Positions 29,411 to 37,727 of a DNA stretch of 64,000 nucleotides are shown in pieces. The DNA is from a virus (Duplodnaviria > Caudoviricetes). A program made the translations under genes and the position numbers. The notes under the pieces are model-generated. The model had not been told where the DNA came from. It saw only the letters and a list, made by a program, of their open reading frames with translations, and did no database searches. The stretch lies in the IMG/VR virus record IMGVR_UViG_3300012983_000001, positions 32,001 to 96,000 of that record; one strand, written 5' to 3'. The number at the start of each line of letters is the position of its first letter. Position 1 is the stretch's first letter.

Positions 29411-30482
29411 TGCAGGTTATCAGCTCATTGAAGAGCCAAACGTGACAAAGAAAATCGAACGTGTTGCTCGTGTATGCTACAAGTCCGAAGATAAAATCGG
29501 TGAAGGTACCGACCTTAAAATGGTAAACGCTCTGATTGAGCGTCAGCATACTGCAATGCTTGAACATGCAGATGTTGCTCTGGTAGTTACAGGTGCAGAT
29601 TATAACTTTATGAAGAAAGTTGCTGAGACAATGGCGACACAGTGTCATAGCGAATCTACACCAAGACCTTGTTATTTACGGATGACTTATCATTCTGCTC
29701 AGGAACCATATGATGGTATCTCAAGCTATGGCCAAAGATACGTAGTCTCTGGTAACATTAGAGCTTGGCATGATTACTTTGATTTTGCAACTGCATATGG
29801 CTATGGTATTCAGAAGCCAGTATTTGACCTGGTAAACGAAGCAGCTAACCATATCTTTGATAAGTTTGCCGATGGTGTTGGCGTAGCAGATGGAGTAGCT
29901 CATTACTTTAAGAATGACACTCCAGATGCAAGACTTGTCAAAGATTATAGCACCTTGTCAGACGCAGAACGCATGGTGCATGAAACCCTTAGCATCCTGT
30001 TTACTGTAGACCGTGGCGTTACTCATGAACTGGTTCGTCATAGACCTGTAAGTTTCGCTCAGGAGTCTACTCGTTATTGTAATTACTCTTTAGGTAAGTA
30101 TAATAACGAAATTACTGTTATTGAGCCTTGTTTCTTTGCACGTCCAGAAGGCGGCGATTATGATGCTGAAGCATGGGCTGAAACTTATGGCGCATGGAGA
30201 CATGCGTGTGAGGAAGCTGAAAGAATGTACTTCCGTCTGTTAGAAGCAAAGGCAACTCCGCAACAGGCAAGAGATGTATTGCCAACATCGGTTAAGGCAG
30301 ATATCGTAATGACTGCCAATCTTTGCGAGTGGAAGCATATTTTCGCATTAAGAGCATGTGATTCTACTGGTCCAGCACATCCGCAGATGGCTGAAGTAAT
30401 GCGTCCATGCCTGAAGGAATTAAAGTCTAGCAAGTATGCATTTGCGTTCAAAGATTTGATAACGCCTGACGAAGTTATTTAA
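29397..30482 (+). CDS. thyX: FAD-dependent thymidylate synthase
   Basis: HTAMLEH, THELVRHRPVSFAQESTRYCNY, ARDVLP, AHPQM. Confidence 0.95.
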   Translation: MQIINAGYQLIEEPNVTKKIERVARVCYKSEDKIGEGTDLKMVNALIERQHTAMLEHADVALVVTGADYNFMKKVAETMATQCHSESTPRPCYLRMTYHSAQEPYDGISSYGQRYVVSGNIRAWHDYFDFATAYGYGIQKPVFDLVNEAANHIFDKFADGVGVADGVAHYFKNDTPDARLVKDYSTLSDAERMVHETLSILFTVDRGVTHELVRHRPVSFAQESTRYCNYSLGKYNNEITVIEPCFFARPEGGDYDAEAWAETYGAWRHACEEAERMYFRLLEAKATPQQARDVLPTSVKADIVMTANLCEWKHIFALRACDSTGPAHPQMAEVMRPCLKELKSSKYAFAFKDLITPDEVI

Positions 30483-30487
30483 TCTAC

Positions 30488-30516
30488 TTGAATTCTCTGT
30501 CTATTTGTGATACTCT
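30488..30516 (+). promoter_or_regulatory. Putative sigA promoter for spoVG
   Basis: TTGAAT, 17 bp, TACTCT with upstream TG. Confidence 0.55.
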
Positions 30517-30546
30517 TATAGTATCATAATAAAGGAGGACGCAGCT

Positions 30547-30816
30547 ATGAACATCACAGATGTACGGGTTAGACCTGTAGAGAAGGAAGACAGCAAGATG
30601 AAAGCTGTAGCTTCAATTACTATTGATGGCGAATTTGTAGTTCATGACATCAAGGTTATCGAAAGCGACAAGGGCTTATTCATTGCAATGCCTTCTAAGA
30701 AGGATGGTAACGGCGAGTACAAGGACATCGCTCATCCTATCAACACAGCTACCAGAACACGTATCCAGGATGCAGTACTTGCTAAGTACGAAGAAGTCGT
30801 TGGCGATACCGAATAA
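30547..30816 (+). CDS. spoVG: SpoVG regulator
   Basis: [39 protein letters not shown]. Confidence 0.95.
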   Translation: MNITDVRVRPVEKEDSKMKAVASITIDGEFVVHDIKVIESDKGLFIAMPSKKDGNGEYKDIAHPINTATRTRIQDAVLAKYEEVVGDTE

Positions 30817-30830
30817 GAAGGTAGTTACAT

Positions 30831-30867
30831 ACACCCGCTTATCGTAAGGATAGGCGGGTGTGTTTTT
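30831..30867 (+). terminator. Rho-independent terminator
   Basis: ACACCCGCTTATC-gtaag-GATAGGCGGGTGT-GTTTTT. Confidence 0.85.
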
Positions 30868-30883
30868 ATTTAAGGAGGTAGAA

Positions 30884-31312
30884 ATGAATCCGTTTTATTA
30901 CATACAGGAAATGAAACAAACACTTGAAGCAAAGAAACAGGAAGTTGCTGGCACTCCAACTCGTATATCAGCAGAACAACACTATCAGGAAATGCTTAAC
31001 ATGTTGAATATCTTAGACATGGAAATGCAGGAAGCAGAATATCATTACCAAGTTGAAGCTGTAGACCATAGTGTCAGAACCTTTGATGAGCTTACTGTGT
31101 TACAGAAAGAGTTAACTGAAGAGGTAATCATTTTCCAGCCGATTGCTATTGGTGAAGCCGAACTGTCCGCAGTGGACATGCAAAGCTTAGCTGAAGTACT
31201 TACTCAGTTGCGTGATAACGGTACGATTAAAGAGAACATGTTGTTGTTGCCACCAAACATCAATGTATTCAGGGCTAAGCTTGCACCATTAAATGCTGAA
31301 GATGAAGAATAA
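30884..31312 (+). CDS. Hypothetical protein
   Basis: AAGGAGG RBS before ATG 30884. Confidence 0.75.
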   Translation: MNPFYYIQEMKQTLEAKKQEVAGTPTRISAEQHYQEMLNMLNILDMEMQEAEYHYQVEAVDHSVRTFDELTVLQKELTEEVIIFQPIAIGEAELSAVDMQSLAEVLTQLRDNGTIKENMLLLPPNINVFRAKLAPLNAEDEE

Positions 31313-31314
31313 AA

Positions 31315-31355
31315 TGTAACATATTGTTGCAAAATATATTGTCATGTGGTATAAT
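31315..31355 (+). promoter_or_regulatory. sigA-type promoter with dyad operator over the -35 element
   Basis: TTGCAA (31327-32), 17 bp, TG-extended TATAAT (31350-55); TGTAAC-N5-GTTGCA at 31315-31331. Confidence 0.8.
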
Positions 31356-31389
31356 ATAACTATCTTAAACAGAAAGGTAGTGTATAACC

Positions 31390-31545
31390 ATGACAGAACC
31401 AGAAGTAGTAAACAACAACAGAAAATGCCCAGTATGTGGGTCTGATACTAAGAGAAATAGCTCAGATAGCCCTCACGATATTTGCAAAGAGGAGCATACC
31501 TGTGTTAATCAGCAATGTGCAGTGTCGGTAATCTTTAGAAACTAA
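31390..31545 (+). CDS. 51-aa zinc-ribbon protein, Ogr/Delta-like spacing (not in ORF track)
   Basis: MTEPEVVNNNRKCPVCGSDTKRNSSDSPHDICKEEHTCVNQQCAVSVIFRN*; GAAAGG RBS, own promoter and terminator. Confidence 0.75.
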   Translation: MTEPEVVNNNRKCPVCGSDTKRNSSDSPHDICKEEHTCVNQQCAVSVIFRN

Positions 31546-31550
31546 GAAAC

Positions 31551-31576
31551 ACCCAGGTAACCCCTGGGTTGTTTTC
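31551..31576 (+). terminator. Rho-independent terminator
   Basis: ACCCAGG-taacc-CCTGGGT-TGTTTT. Confidence 0.7.
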
Positions 31577-31592
31577 ATGTAAGGAGAAGGAT

Positions 31593-31760
31593 ATGAAACA
31601 GCCAAAGAAATTGATTCGAAGCCAAAAAGAGGTCTTAAAGAAGAATGGTCTGGATTGGAATAACTATATGTTATTAACCGAAGATAAAGACACATTCACA
31701 GTGATAGCGAAGAATGCAGATGAGCATGGTTATAGAGAACAGTTAACCTATGCGAAATAA
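31593..31760 (+). CDS. DUF6906-like small protein
   Basis: MKQPKKLIRSQKEVLKKNGLDWNNY. Confidence 0.65.
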   Translation: MKQPKKLIRSQKEVLKKNGLDWNNYMLLTEDKDTFTVIAKNADEHGYREQLTYAK

Positions 31761-31765
31761 GAATA

Positions 31766-31808
31766 ACTCCCCCCGTAGCGATTTGTGCTACGGGGGGAGT
31801 GGTCTTTT
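31766..31808. terminator. Terminator between the convergent gene blocks
   Basis: ACTCCCCCCGTAGC-gatttgt-GCTACGGGGGGAGT (14-bp stem). Confidence 0.85.
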
Positions 31809-32151
31809 ACTCTTCTATTTGTTCTTTTTTCTGCTTAGCAACTTCTGCCTCAGCCAGAATACGTTTCATTTCTGTAAGAGCGTCTTCAATGAGTGTTTTC
31901 AGTGCTTTCTCTGAAATGAAAAACGTGATAATCGGGAACTGGGTCTTCAGATAAGTATAAACTTCAGCAAACTTAATCTGGCCTGTCTTAGAGCCCCAGG
32001 TTTCTTCTGCAACAGATACTGCATACAGTGCAGCCTTATACAGAAGACCTTCCTTGTTGTTGATGATTGCAAACACTAAGCCTGCAACAGCAACAATGAC
32101 AATCAAAATTGTGACTGAGTTTTCGAGTAACCAATTCAATACTTCGTTCAT
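31807..32151 (-). CDS. Holin (LL-H-like, one TM segment)
   Basis: N-terminal TM, AVSVAEE..G..GQIK; directly after the endolysin. Confidence 0.75.
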   Translation of the reverse strand: MNEVLNWLLENSVTILIVIVAVAGLVFAIINNKEGLLYKAALYAVSVAEETWGSKTGQIKFAEVYTYLKTQFPIITFFISEKALKTLIEDALTEMKRILAEAEVAKQKKEQIEE

Positions 32152-32171
32152 AACTCTGTTCTCCTTTCTTA

Positions 32172-33248
32172 TTATGAATTAAACATTGCATAGAATGTAG
32201 CTGGGCCACATTTACTATCATGTCTAAGACCTCTGGTATCTTGCTGGTATTTCAATACCGTAGCTTTGGTGCCGCTGCCATATGACTTATCTAAATCATT
32301 ATTCTTAAGACTATGCTTCATGTCGTATCCCTTACAGTACAGCATTGCTTGACAGATGTATGTAAGCTCTCGTGCTGAGGAAGCTGATTTACAAGCTTTC
32401 TTCGTTAACGCACCGAATGAGCCGTCTTCTACCAGGCCTGCCTTATACTTAACATTTAAACAATGCTGTAAAGCTTTACACAAAGCCTTCTTGGTTTCTG
32501 GACCGAACTTACCATCTACTGCAATCTTAGTGTTGGCATAACTGTTACACCATTTCTGGATGTTAACAATAACAGCATCTTTTGAAGTAATAGGATAAAC
32601 TACATTGCCTTTGCTATCAAAAACATAATATCCTGTCTTACAAGCCTTCTTAGCGTAATCCAGATTCTTGTATGCTCCAATCTGTGACTTAGCGTCCTGC
32701 CAGGACTTACGCACACGATACATTTCTGTGCTAGGCTGACTTGGTGTTACTGGCGCAGGCTTGGATGGAGTTACTGGTGCTTTGATATCAGTTTCCAGCC
32801 AGGATGGAATACCAAAATACTTCCATCTTGATTTCTTAAAGTTTTGCTTTACGCAATTACTTGTACTGCTGGCCATCTCAATAGTGGTGCCATTACCAAG
32901 ATATGCACCTACATGGGTCCAGCCATCATTGAATACGAGACAAGCAGTGTCTTTTGGTAAGTCATCAATATCGCCCTGTATTGGACATGCATTGTAATAT
33001 TGTTTAGCTGTCTTGTCGCCTTTAGACAATGGGAAGATACTACCAGAACAGTCAGCACCTATCTTACCCTTGCCTTCCTTGAGTTTCTTATCGTAATATG
33101 CCTTGTTGTATTTTGTTGAGCCAAATATTCTGTAGAGTCTATCAGTGAGTTCTTTAGTAATAATTTCACAGTTGCCGCCCCATACATAAATGGCTCCATT
33201 CTTGTACAGGTCTTCATAGTGTTTCTTGAATTCTGCTTGTGTTACCAT
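32172..33248 (-). CDS. Endolysin: NlpC/P60 peptidase plus cell-wall-binding domains
   Basis: YVWGG, GADCSG, HVGAYLGNG; YRVRKSW..SQIGA domain; VDGKFGPET PG-binding repeats. Confidence 0.88.
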   Translation of the reverse strand: MVTQAEFKKHYEDLYKNGAIYVWGGNCEIITKELTDRLYRIFGSTKYNKAYYDKKLKEGKGKIGADCSGSIFPLSKGDKTAKQYYNACPIQGDIDDLPKDTACLVFNDGWTHVGAYLGNGTTIEMASSTSNCVKQNFKKSRWKYFGIPSWLETDIKAPVTPSKPAPVTPSQPSTEMYRVRKSWQDAKSQIGAYKNLDYAKKACKTGYYVFDSKGNVVYPITSKDAVIVNIQKWCNSYANTKIAVDGKFGPETKKALCKALQHCLNVKYKAGLVEDGSFGALTKKACKSASSARELTYICQAMLYCKGYDMKHSLKNNDLDKSYGSGTKATVLKYQQDTRGLRHDSKCGPATFYAMFNS

Positions 33249-33253
33249 TCAAA

Positions 33254-34243
33254 TCACTCCTCACTTAATATTTTTAAATCAATAGCTTTTGCTTTGATTT
33301 TATTTATCGCCTTCTTCTTGTGGTCGTTGATAGTTGAGCGATGACATCCATAAATATTACCAATTTCAATATCGGTCTTATGTTTTACGAAACTGAGAAG
33401 TACAATCTCTCTTTCGTATGGAGTAAGAGTTGTGAACAATTCACTACAGGTAACACCATTAGTCCAGTTAAAATTCAAAGAGTCTATATCATAGGAACTA
33501 ATAGGTTCCTGCTCTTTCAAGGTTAATGTATTTGCATTTTTGATATTATCTTGTCTACTAATTGTATCAATAGCTTTTTCGAGTTTAAACGTTGCTTGCT
33601 CATCTTCCACAAACACTTCTGGATAGTTCTCTTCGGTATTCATGTCATCGAACTGGTCACATAAGTGAATGACGGAGCTATGTGTTAATGGGTCTGTGAT
33701 TAAACGATTCAGATATCGGTATGCTTCCCAGTGAAAGCATTTGCTTATGTACATATGGAAGGTTCCGTTTGCTTTGTGATATTTATCACCATCAGTTGTA
33801 ATCTTGTATTTATTAGCCATGTTGAGTAAAGCTAGTACGAGCTCATTATAGATATCTCCATATTCATATTTAGAGAATAACGTTTTAATTTTATAGCATG
33901 TAGATGAGAACAGTTTCTTTTTGTCTGTTTCATCAGTTTTCTTCTCTATGAATAACGACACGAATTTGGATATTGTAGCACTTACTTTACGTCTTTCTAC
34001 TCCCTTGAAATCCTTGAAAACAAAGTACGGCAAGTCTCCCTTAACGATAAAGCGTGCGTACTTTGATATAAACGGATGAAAGATTCGAATGATATAAGTA
34101 ACTGCTTCTTGGTTGCCTTCTTTATACAGAATCAGATTACGTTGTAGTTCCTGATAATCTGATTCTGTAAAATACCCTTCATCTGTTGGGTCATGATTTG
34201 GTCTAAAGGTTTCATCTAATTGATTGACATAAAAGTTATCCAT
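33254..34243 (-). CDS. Phage sigma-70-family factor
   Basis: Region-2-like DIYNELVLALLNMANKY..F..YI; region 4 LTPYEREIV..KTDIEIGNIYGCHRSTI. Confidence 0.75.
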   Translation of the reverse strand: MDNFYVNQLDETFRPNHDPTDEGYFTESDYQELQRNLILYKEGNQEAVTYIIRIFHPFISKYARFIVKGDLPYFVFKDFKGVERRKVSATISKFVSLFIEKKTDETDKKKLFSSTCYKIKTLFSKYEYGDIYNELVLALLNMANKYKITTDGDKYHKANGTFHMYISKCFHWEAYRYLNRLITDPLTHSSVIHLCDQFDDMNTEENYPEVFVEDEQATFKLEKAIDTISRQDNIKNANTLTLKEQEPISSYDIDSLNFNWTNGVTCSELFTTLTPYEREIVLLSFVKHKTDIEIGNIYGCHRSTINDHKKKAINKIKAKAIDLKILSEE

Positions 34244-34790
34244 CTGTACCCCCGTGACTTAAGGATTTAGAAAAGGCAACACCGATAGATATCGCGTCGT
34301 AGATATCACTCGTTTTATCTTTGTTTTGTTTGTCGCTGTATGGTCCGATAAGTTCAAGCTTTTTATTGTTTGGATACATAGCTTGTATAACCTCAGCAAC
34401 TTGGTCTTTCTTAGCATTTCCCCCGCAGCCTAACTCTTTGCGTATTTGAGAAGGTAGCATGTGATATACAAGATATTTGTTAAAACTGAAGACTCCTATA
34501 ATCGCACCCCTAAGTGTTGCTAATTGAAGAGCGGTTCTGGTATTGGCACCCATGAATCCGTCTTCCAGGACTATGTATTTAATAGGATACTGACTTGCAA
34601 CGTAAAACAACCTCGCTACAATTTCATTGATTCGAAAATCATCTGAATTTTTAGACGAGGTTGTAAACTTGTTGATGTACGCCAATTCTAACGTATGCAA
34701 GTTAATCACAGCGTAACCTGTTGTAGACAATGCAGGGTCAATAGCAAGAACATATTCAGTATCTCTTTGTTCCAGCGTATTGATATACAT
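34236..34790 (-). CDS. ruvC: RuvC Holliday junction resolvase
   Basis: LAIDPALSTTGYA, IVLED, PSQIRK..G.GNAKKDQV, DIYDAI. Confidence 0.9.
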   Translation of the reverse strand: MYINTLEQRDTEYVLAIDPALSTTGYAVINLHTLELAYINKFTTSSKNSDDFRINEIVARLFYVASQYPIKYIVLEDGFMGANTRTALQLATLRGAIIGVFSFNKYLVYHMLPSQIRKELGCGGNAKKDQVAEVIQAMYPNNKKLELIGPYSDKQNKDKTSDIYDAISIGVAFSKSLSHGGTDG

Positions 34791-34809
34791 TTTAATCACC
34801 TCTACAACA

Positions 34810-34838
34810 ATTATAACATCAATATTCAATTATAGCAA
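34810..34838 (-). promoter_or_regulatory. sigA promoter for ruvC-sigma-lysis genes
   Basis: Minus strand TTGCTA, 17 bp, TG-extended TATAAT. Confidence 0.65.
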
Positions 34839-34997
34839 TCAATCTTTTACAGTTAAGTCTGGCTTTTGCCAATCTTTTTTATCGTCAGGCTTTTCACAGT
34901 TATCTTCGATTTCCTGTGCGATATTAGCAGAAACTATAGTCTTATTGTCGTCGGTAATCTCCATGTTGCCACCAGCAATTCCTAACTTCATGCTCAT
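34839..34997 (-). CDS. 52-aa hypothetical protein (not in ORF track)
   Basis: MSMKLGIAGGNMEITDDNKTIVSANIAQEIEDNCEKPDDKKDWQKPDLTVKD*; AGGAGG RBS. Confidence 0.7.
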   Translation of the reverse strand: MSMKLGIAGGNMEITDDNKTIVSANIAQEIEDNCEKPDDKKDWQKPDLTVKD

Positions 34998-34998
34998 G

Positions 34999-35256
34999 TT
35001 ATCTACCTCCTATCTGGTACTGAAGTCTGTACCCCTCCAGTTCCCAAAGTTTATCCTTAATTCTTTGGATACAAATGTTCATTCCTTTGATTTCGTCATA
35101 GTTCATTGGGTCAACGCAAGCACTTGATTCTACCACTACGAATCCGTTTGGTAATTGTACCGCAACGATAGTACACTTACCAAATACGCTCTTAACAGTA
35201 ATCTGTGAACGTGAAATCAAATTATCAATCTCTGCTTGTGTAACTGTGTTCTGCAT
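34999..35256 (-). CDS. N4 gp49/Sf6 gp66-family protein (candidate nucleotide sponge)
   Basis: TIVAVQLPNGFVVVESSACVDPMNYDEIKG..IC..I..KLWELEGY. Confidence 0.85.
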   Translation of the reverse strand: MQNTVTQAEIDNLISRSQITVKSVFGKCTIVAVQLPNGFVVVESSACVDPMNYDEIKGMNICIQRIKDKLWELEGYRLQYQIGGR

Positions 35257-35258
35257 AT

Positions 35259-36077
35259 CTATTCTCCTTCCAATGATGATGTACATACATCTCTGTATTC
35301 ACAATGATAGCATTTCTTATCAGGTGATACACATCGAATATTTCCTCTTATGCATCTTGCAACGCTTATCACTGTTTTCTTTAATAGGTCAAAATCTTTT
35401 TGTGTTCGATATGATGATATCATCTTTTTCTTGTAAATGTCAACATATACTAGCTGAACATCATTTGCACTAAACATTTGACTAAATGCTAATGCCGCTG
35501 CGGTCAGTTCTAAATCATGGTTCATTTGTCCAAGAACCTGGAACCGATTGTTCTCTGTTCTGAATTTCATTAACTGTATAACTTTCTTTCCGTTGACTTC
35601 TATTTCTCTAACATATTCCCATACACCTGTAAGAGTGATATTGTTGGCTATCTTAATGGAATATTTTTTATTAACCAAGATAGGAAACTGTGGTGTATTC
35701 ATTAGCTTGTCGAAAGTAATGATTGCATCTATACCAGCTCTACGCTTGGCGTCATAGGTATCTCTCTTTAAAGCAGATGGTGTACAGATAATTTCAGCAT
35801 TGGTTTTCTGTTTAACCCATTCTTTGCCCCACTTATATTTCAAAGTTTTCAGGCTATCTGTTAAAGTATCGTTTTGTAATGCTGTCAGATATGAATAAAA
35901 ACAACGGTGCAAGGCCATGTCATAGGCTTCTTTTAAGTTACGCTCATTGGGATTGTCGTTCTTTAAATCATAGTATTTAGGACACCAGCTAAAGTCTAAA
36001 ACGTCTTTAATGTCAAGAACGATTGCCGCCGCGTGGTCCGCCGAGATACATTGCTGGTCTGCCAACGGAAATACCAT
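35259..36077 (-). CDS. Cas4/AddB-like PD-(D/E)xK protein with degenerate active site (start uncertain)
   Basis: FSWCPKYY and CYHCEYRDVC Fe-S ligands; LTGVWE and MKFRT in place of GxxD and DYKT. Confidence 0.65.
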   Translation of the reverse strand: MVFPLADQQCISADHAAAIVLDIKDVLDFSWCPKYYDLKNDNPNERNLKEAYDMALHRCFYSYLTALQNDTLTDSLKTLKYKWGKEWVKQKTNAEIICTPSALKRDTYDAKRRAGIDAIITFDKLMNTPQFPILVNKKYSIKIANNITLTGVWEYVREIEVNGKKVIQLMKFRTENNRFQVLGQMNHDLELTAAALAFSQMFSANDVQLVYVDIYKKKMISSYRTQKDFDLLKKTVISVARCIRGNIRCVSPDKKCYHCEYRDVCTSSLEGE

Positions 36078-36360
36078 CCTTACGTTCTGCCATTAAGCCT
36101 GGTGTTTGTCTATCTACTAAATCCCATATTTGTTGTTCACAAGCATAGTGGATATGCCACTTAAACTCATGTTTACGTATCTTAGGGTCTTTATGAAAAT
36201 CCTGTGGATACATTGGTTTGCCGCACTGCTGACATATCATAACTTCGCCTGGCTTTGGTGGTGGCGGGACTAAGTATCCCGCCCCTTTTTGCTTTTCTTC
36301 TGCAACCATGGCATTCGTATTGGCGGCAACGTATTGAGCTAATTCTTCTGAACTAGGCAT
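36013..36360 (-). CDS. Zn-binding hypothetical protein
   Basis: CQQCG..HYAC. Confidence 0.7.
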   Translation of the reverse strand: MPSSEELAQYVAANTNAMVAEEKQKGAGYLVPPPPKPGEVMICQQCGKPMYPQDFHKDPKIRKHEFKWHIHYACEQQIWDLVDRQTPGLMAERKDGISVGRPAMYLGGPRGGNRS

Positions 36361-36751
36361 TGTTGTTTACCTCCTTGTCAATCTCGCGAATCATGTTCAT
36401 GGTTTCTTCTGTTACTGGAATCTCGAAGTTCTTACGTTTAATCATACGCTCTCTGTCCTGATAAGTATGACTACAGATAGGAATCTTACAGGTTTGACAA
36501 GCTACATAAAGATGACTAGCTTTCGCACGGCACTTGTCACAAATAGGGCATGGGTCATAGCGCGGACATGTTTTGAACTTTGTTTCCCCTGCTTCGTAGT
36601 TATCACGATTGCGTCGACCTAACTTAGAATTCTGGTCCAAAGCTCTTCTAAGTTTCTGTTCGTCCATTTTAGGTATTCCAGTCAACGGGTCAACCTGTGA
36701 ATCAGATTTTGCCATATCATAGAGACCCTGGATAAAGTTATTTCCTGCCAT
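36353..36751 (-). CDS. Cys-rich hypothetical protein
   Basis: CPRYDPCPICDKC..CQTC..CSH. Confidence 0.75.
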   Translation of the reverse strand: MAGNNFIQGLYDMAKSDSQVDPLTGIPKMDEQKLRRALDQNSKLGRRNRDNYEAGETKFKTCPRYDPCPICDKCRAKASHLYVACQTCKIPICSHTYQDRERMIKRKNFEIPVTEETMNMIREIDKEVNNNA

Positions 36752-36752
36752 A

Positions 36753-37241
36753 CTAGTTCACCTCTTTGTTAATGATTTCGTAGATGTAAATGTTACGATA
36801 CTTACCATGTCTGTCTTTAAAGACATCTGTAAGTTCCATTACTCTACCGTTGTATTTGTGACAGAATCTGTCGTAGCTTCTAATAGCTGGATTGCCTTCT
36901 ACGGCTCTCCATTCAATTCTATGAATCTTGTATTCAGTCAGTAACTTATTGAGTTCTTCAAATAAGCTTCGACCAATAGTTACATTTCCCTTGTCAAAAG
37001 AGAATAGCGTAAAACTATATGCTGATGAGGAATACCAGTCTATTGTATATGATAAGTATCCAATCAGTTGATTGTTACTATCAAGAATGGCATATTGATA
37101 TTCATTGCCATCTGTACTGTCATTGATTTCTGGAGCATTAGACCCAAGGTATCCCTGCTCATACATCATGTCATCAGTATAGAATTGTTGCTGAAATCGC
37201 ATCTCAATTTCTTGCTTATAAAGTATTGCTGGTACTAACAT
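36753..37241 (-). CDS. GNAT-fold acetyltransferase-like protein
   Basis: YAILD..LIGY, IHRIEWRAVEGNPA, RimJ-like C-terminus. Confidence 0.7.
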   Translation of the reverse strand: MLVPAILYKQEIEMRFQQQFYTDDMMYEQGYLGSNAPEINDSTDGNEYQYAILDSNNQLIGYLSYTIDWYSSSAYSFTLFSFDKGNVTIGRSLFEELNKLLTEYKIHRIEWRAVEGNPAIRSYDRFCHKYNGRVMELTDVFKDRHGKYRNIYIYEIINKEVN

Positions 37242-37250
37242 AGCTCCTCC

Positions 37251-37724
37251 TTAAGAAATCTTTTCTGCATACTGGTTACTACTTGCTAGTTCAACCTGCA
37301 ATACCTCATCGAAATGAGATTGCTGTCCTGGAATAAATCGCCCGTACTTGATGATTATATTACTAAACTGTTTCAAGGTCTCTATTTTATCTAAGATTTC
37401 GTCTTTGTTATATCCTGTATAGATTACAACATCGTCTTGACAATGTTCTCTTAGACAAGAGATAAGCTCAAGCAAATCATCATATGAATCTAACGGCTCC
37501 AGGCCGCCACAGCAAATAGATTTTGTTATTGGGTTACCAAGATAACGCTTAACAATATTTTCAACGTTTACGCTGATGTCAGGAGCGTATGCGAGCGTGC
37601 CGTTATGACACACTCGCTCTCCACATTCTCGCTCACATTTCCATGAGCAATACGGGAATATAATAAACATTGCGGCGTTCTTATATTGACAAAAGTCTTC
37701 GTCTCTAAGTCCTTTAATTATCAT
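37251..37724 (-). CDS. nrdG: Anaerobic RNR activase
   Basis: CSWKC..CHN, GGLEP, IYTGY, KYGRF, LASSNQ; follows nrdD. Confidence 0.9.
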   Translation of the reverse strand: MIIKGLRDEDFCQYKNAAMFIIFPYCSWKCERECGERVCHNGTLAYAPDISVNVENIVKRYLGNPITKSICCGGLEPLDSYDDLLELISCLREHCQDDVVIYTGYNKDEILDKIETLKQFSNIIIKYGRFIPGQQSHFDEVLQVELASSNQYAEKIS

Positions 37725-37727
37725 GTT

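Noticed and set aside
34839-34880. KKDWQKPDL resembles a lasso-peptide leader motif
   Set aside because: It is at the C-terminus with no core peptide after it, and no cyclase, peptidase or RRE genes are nearby
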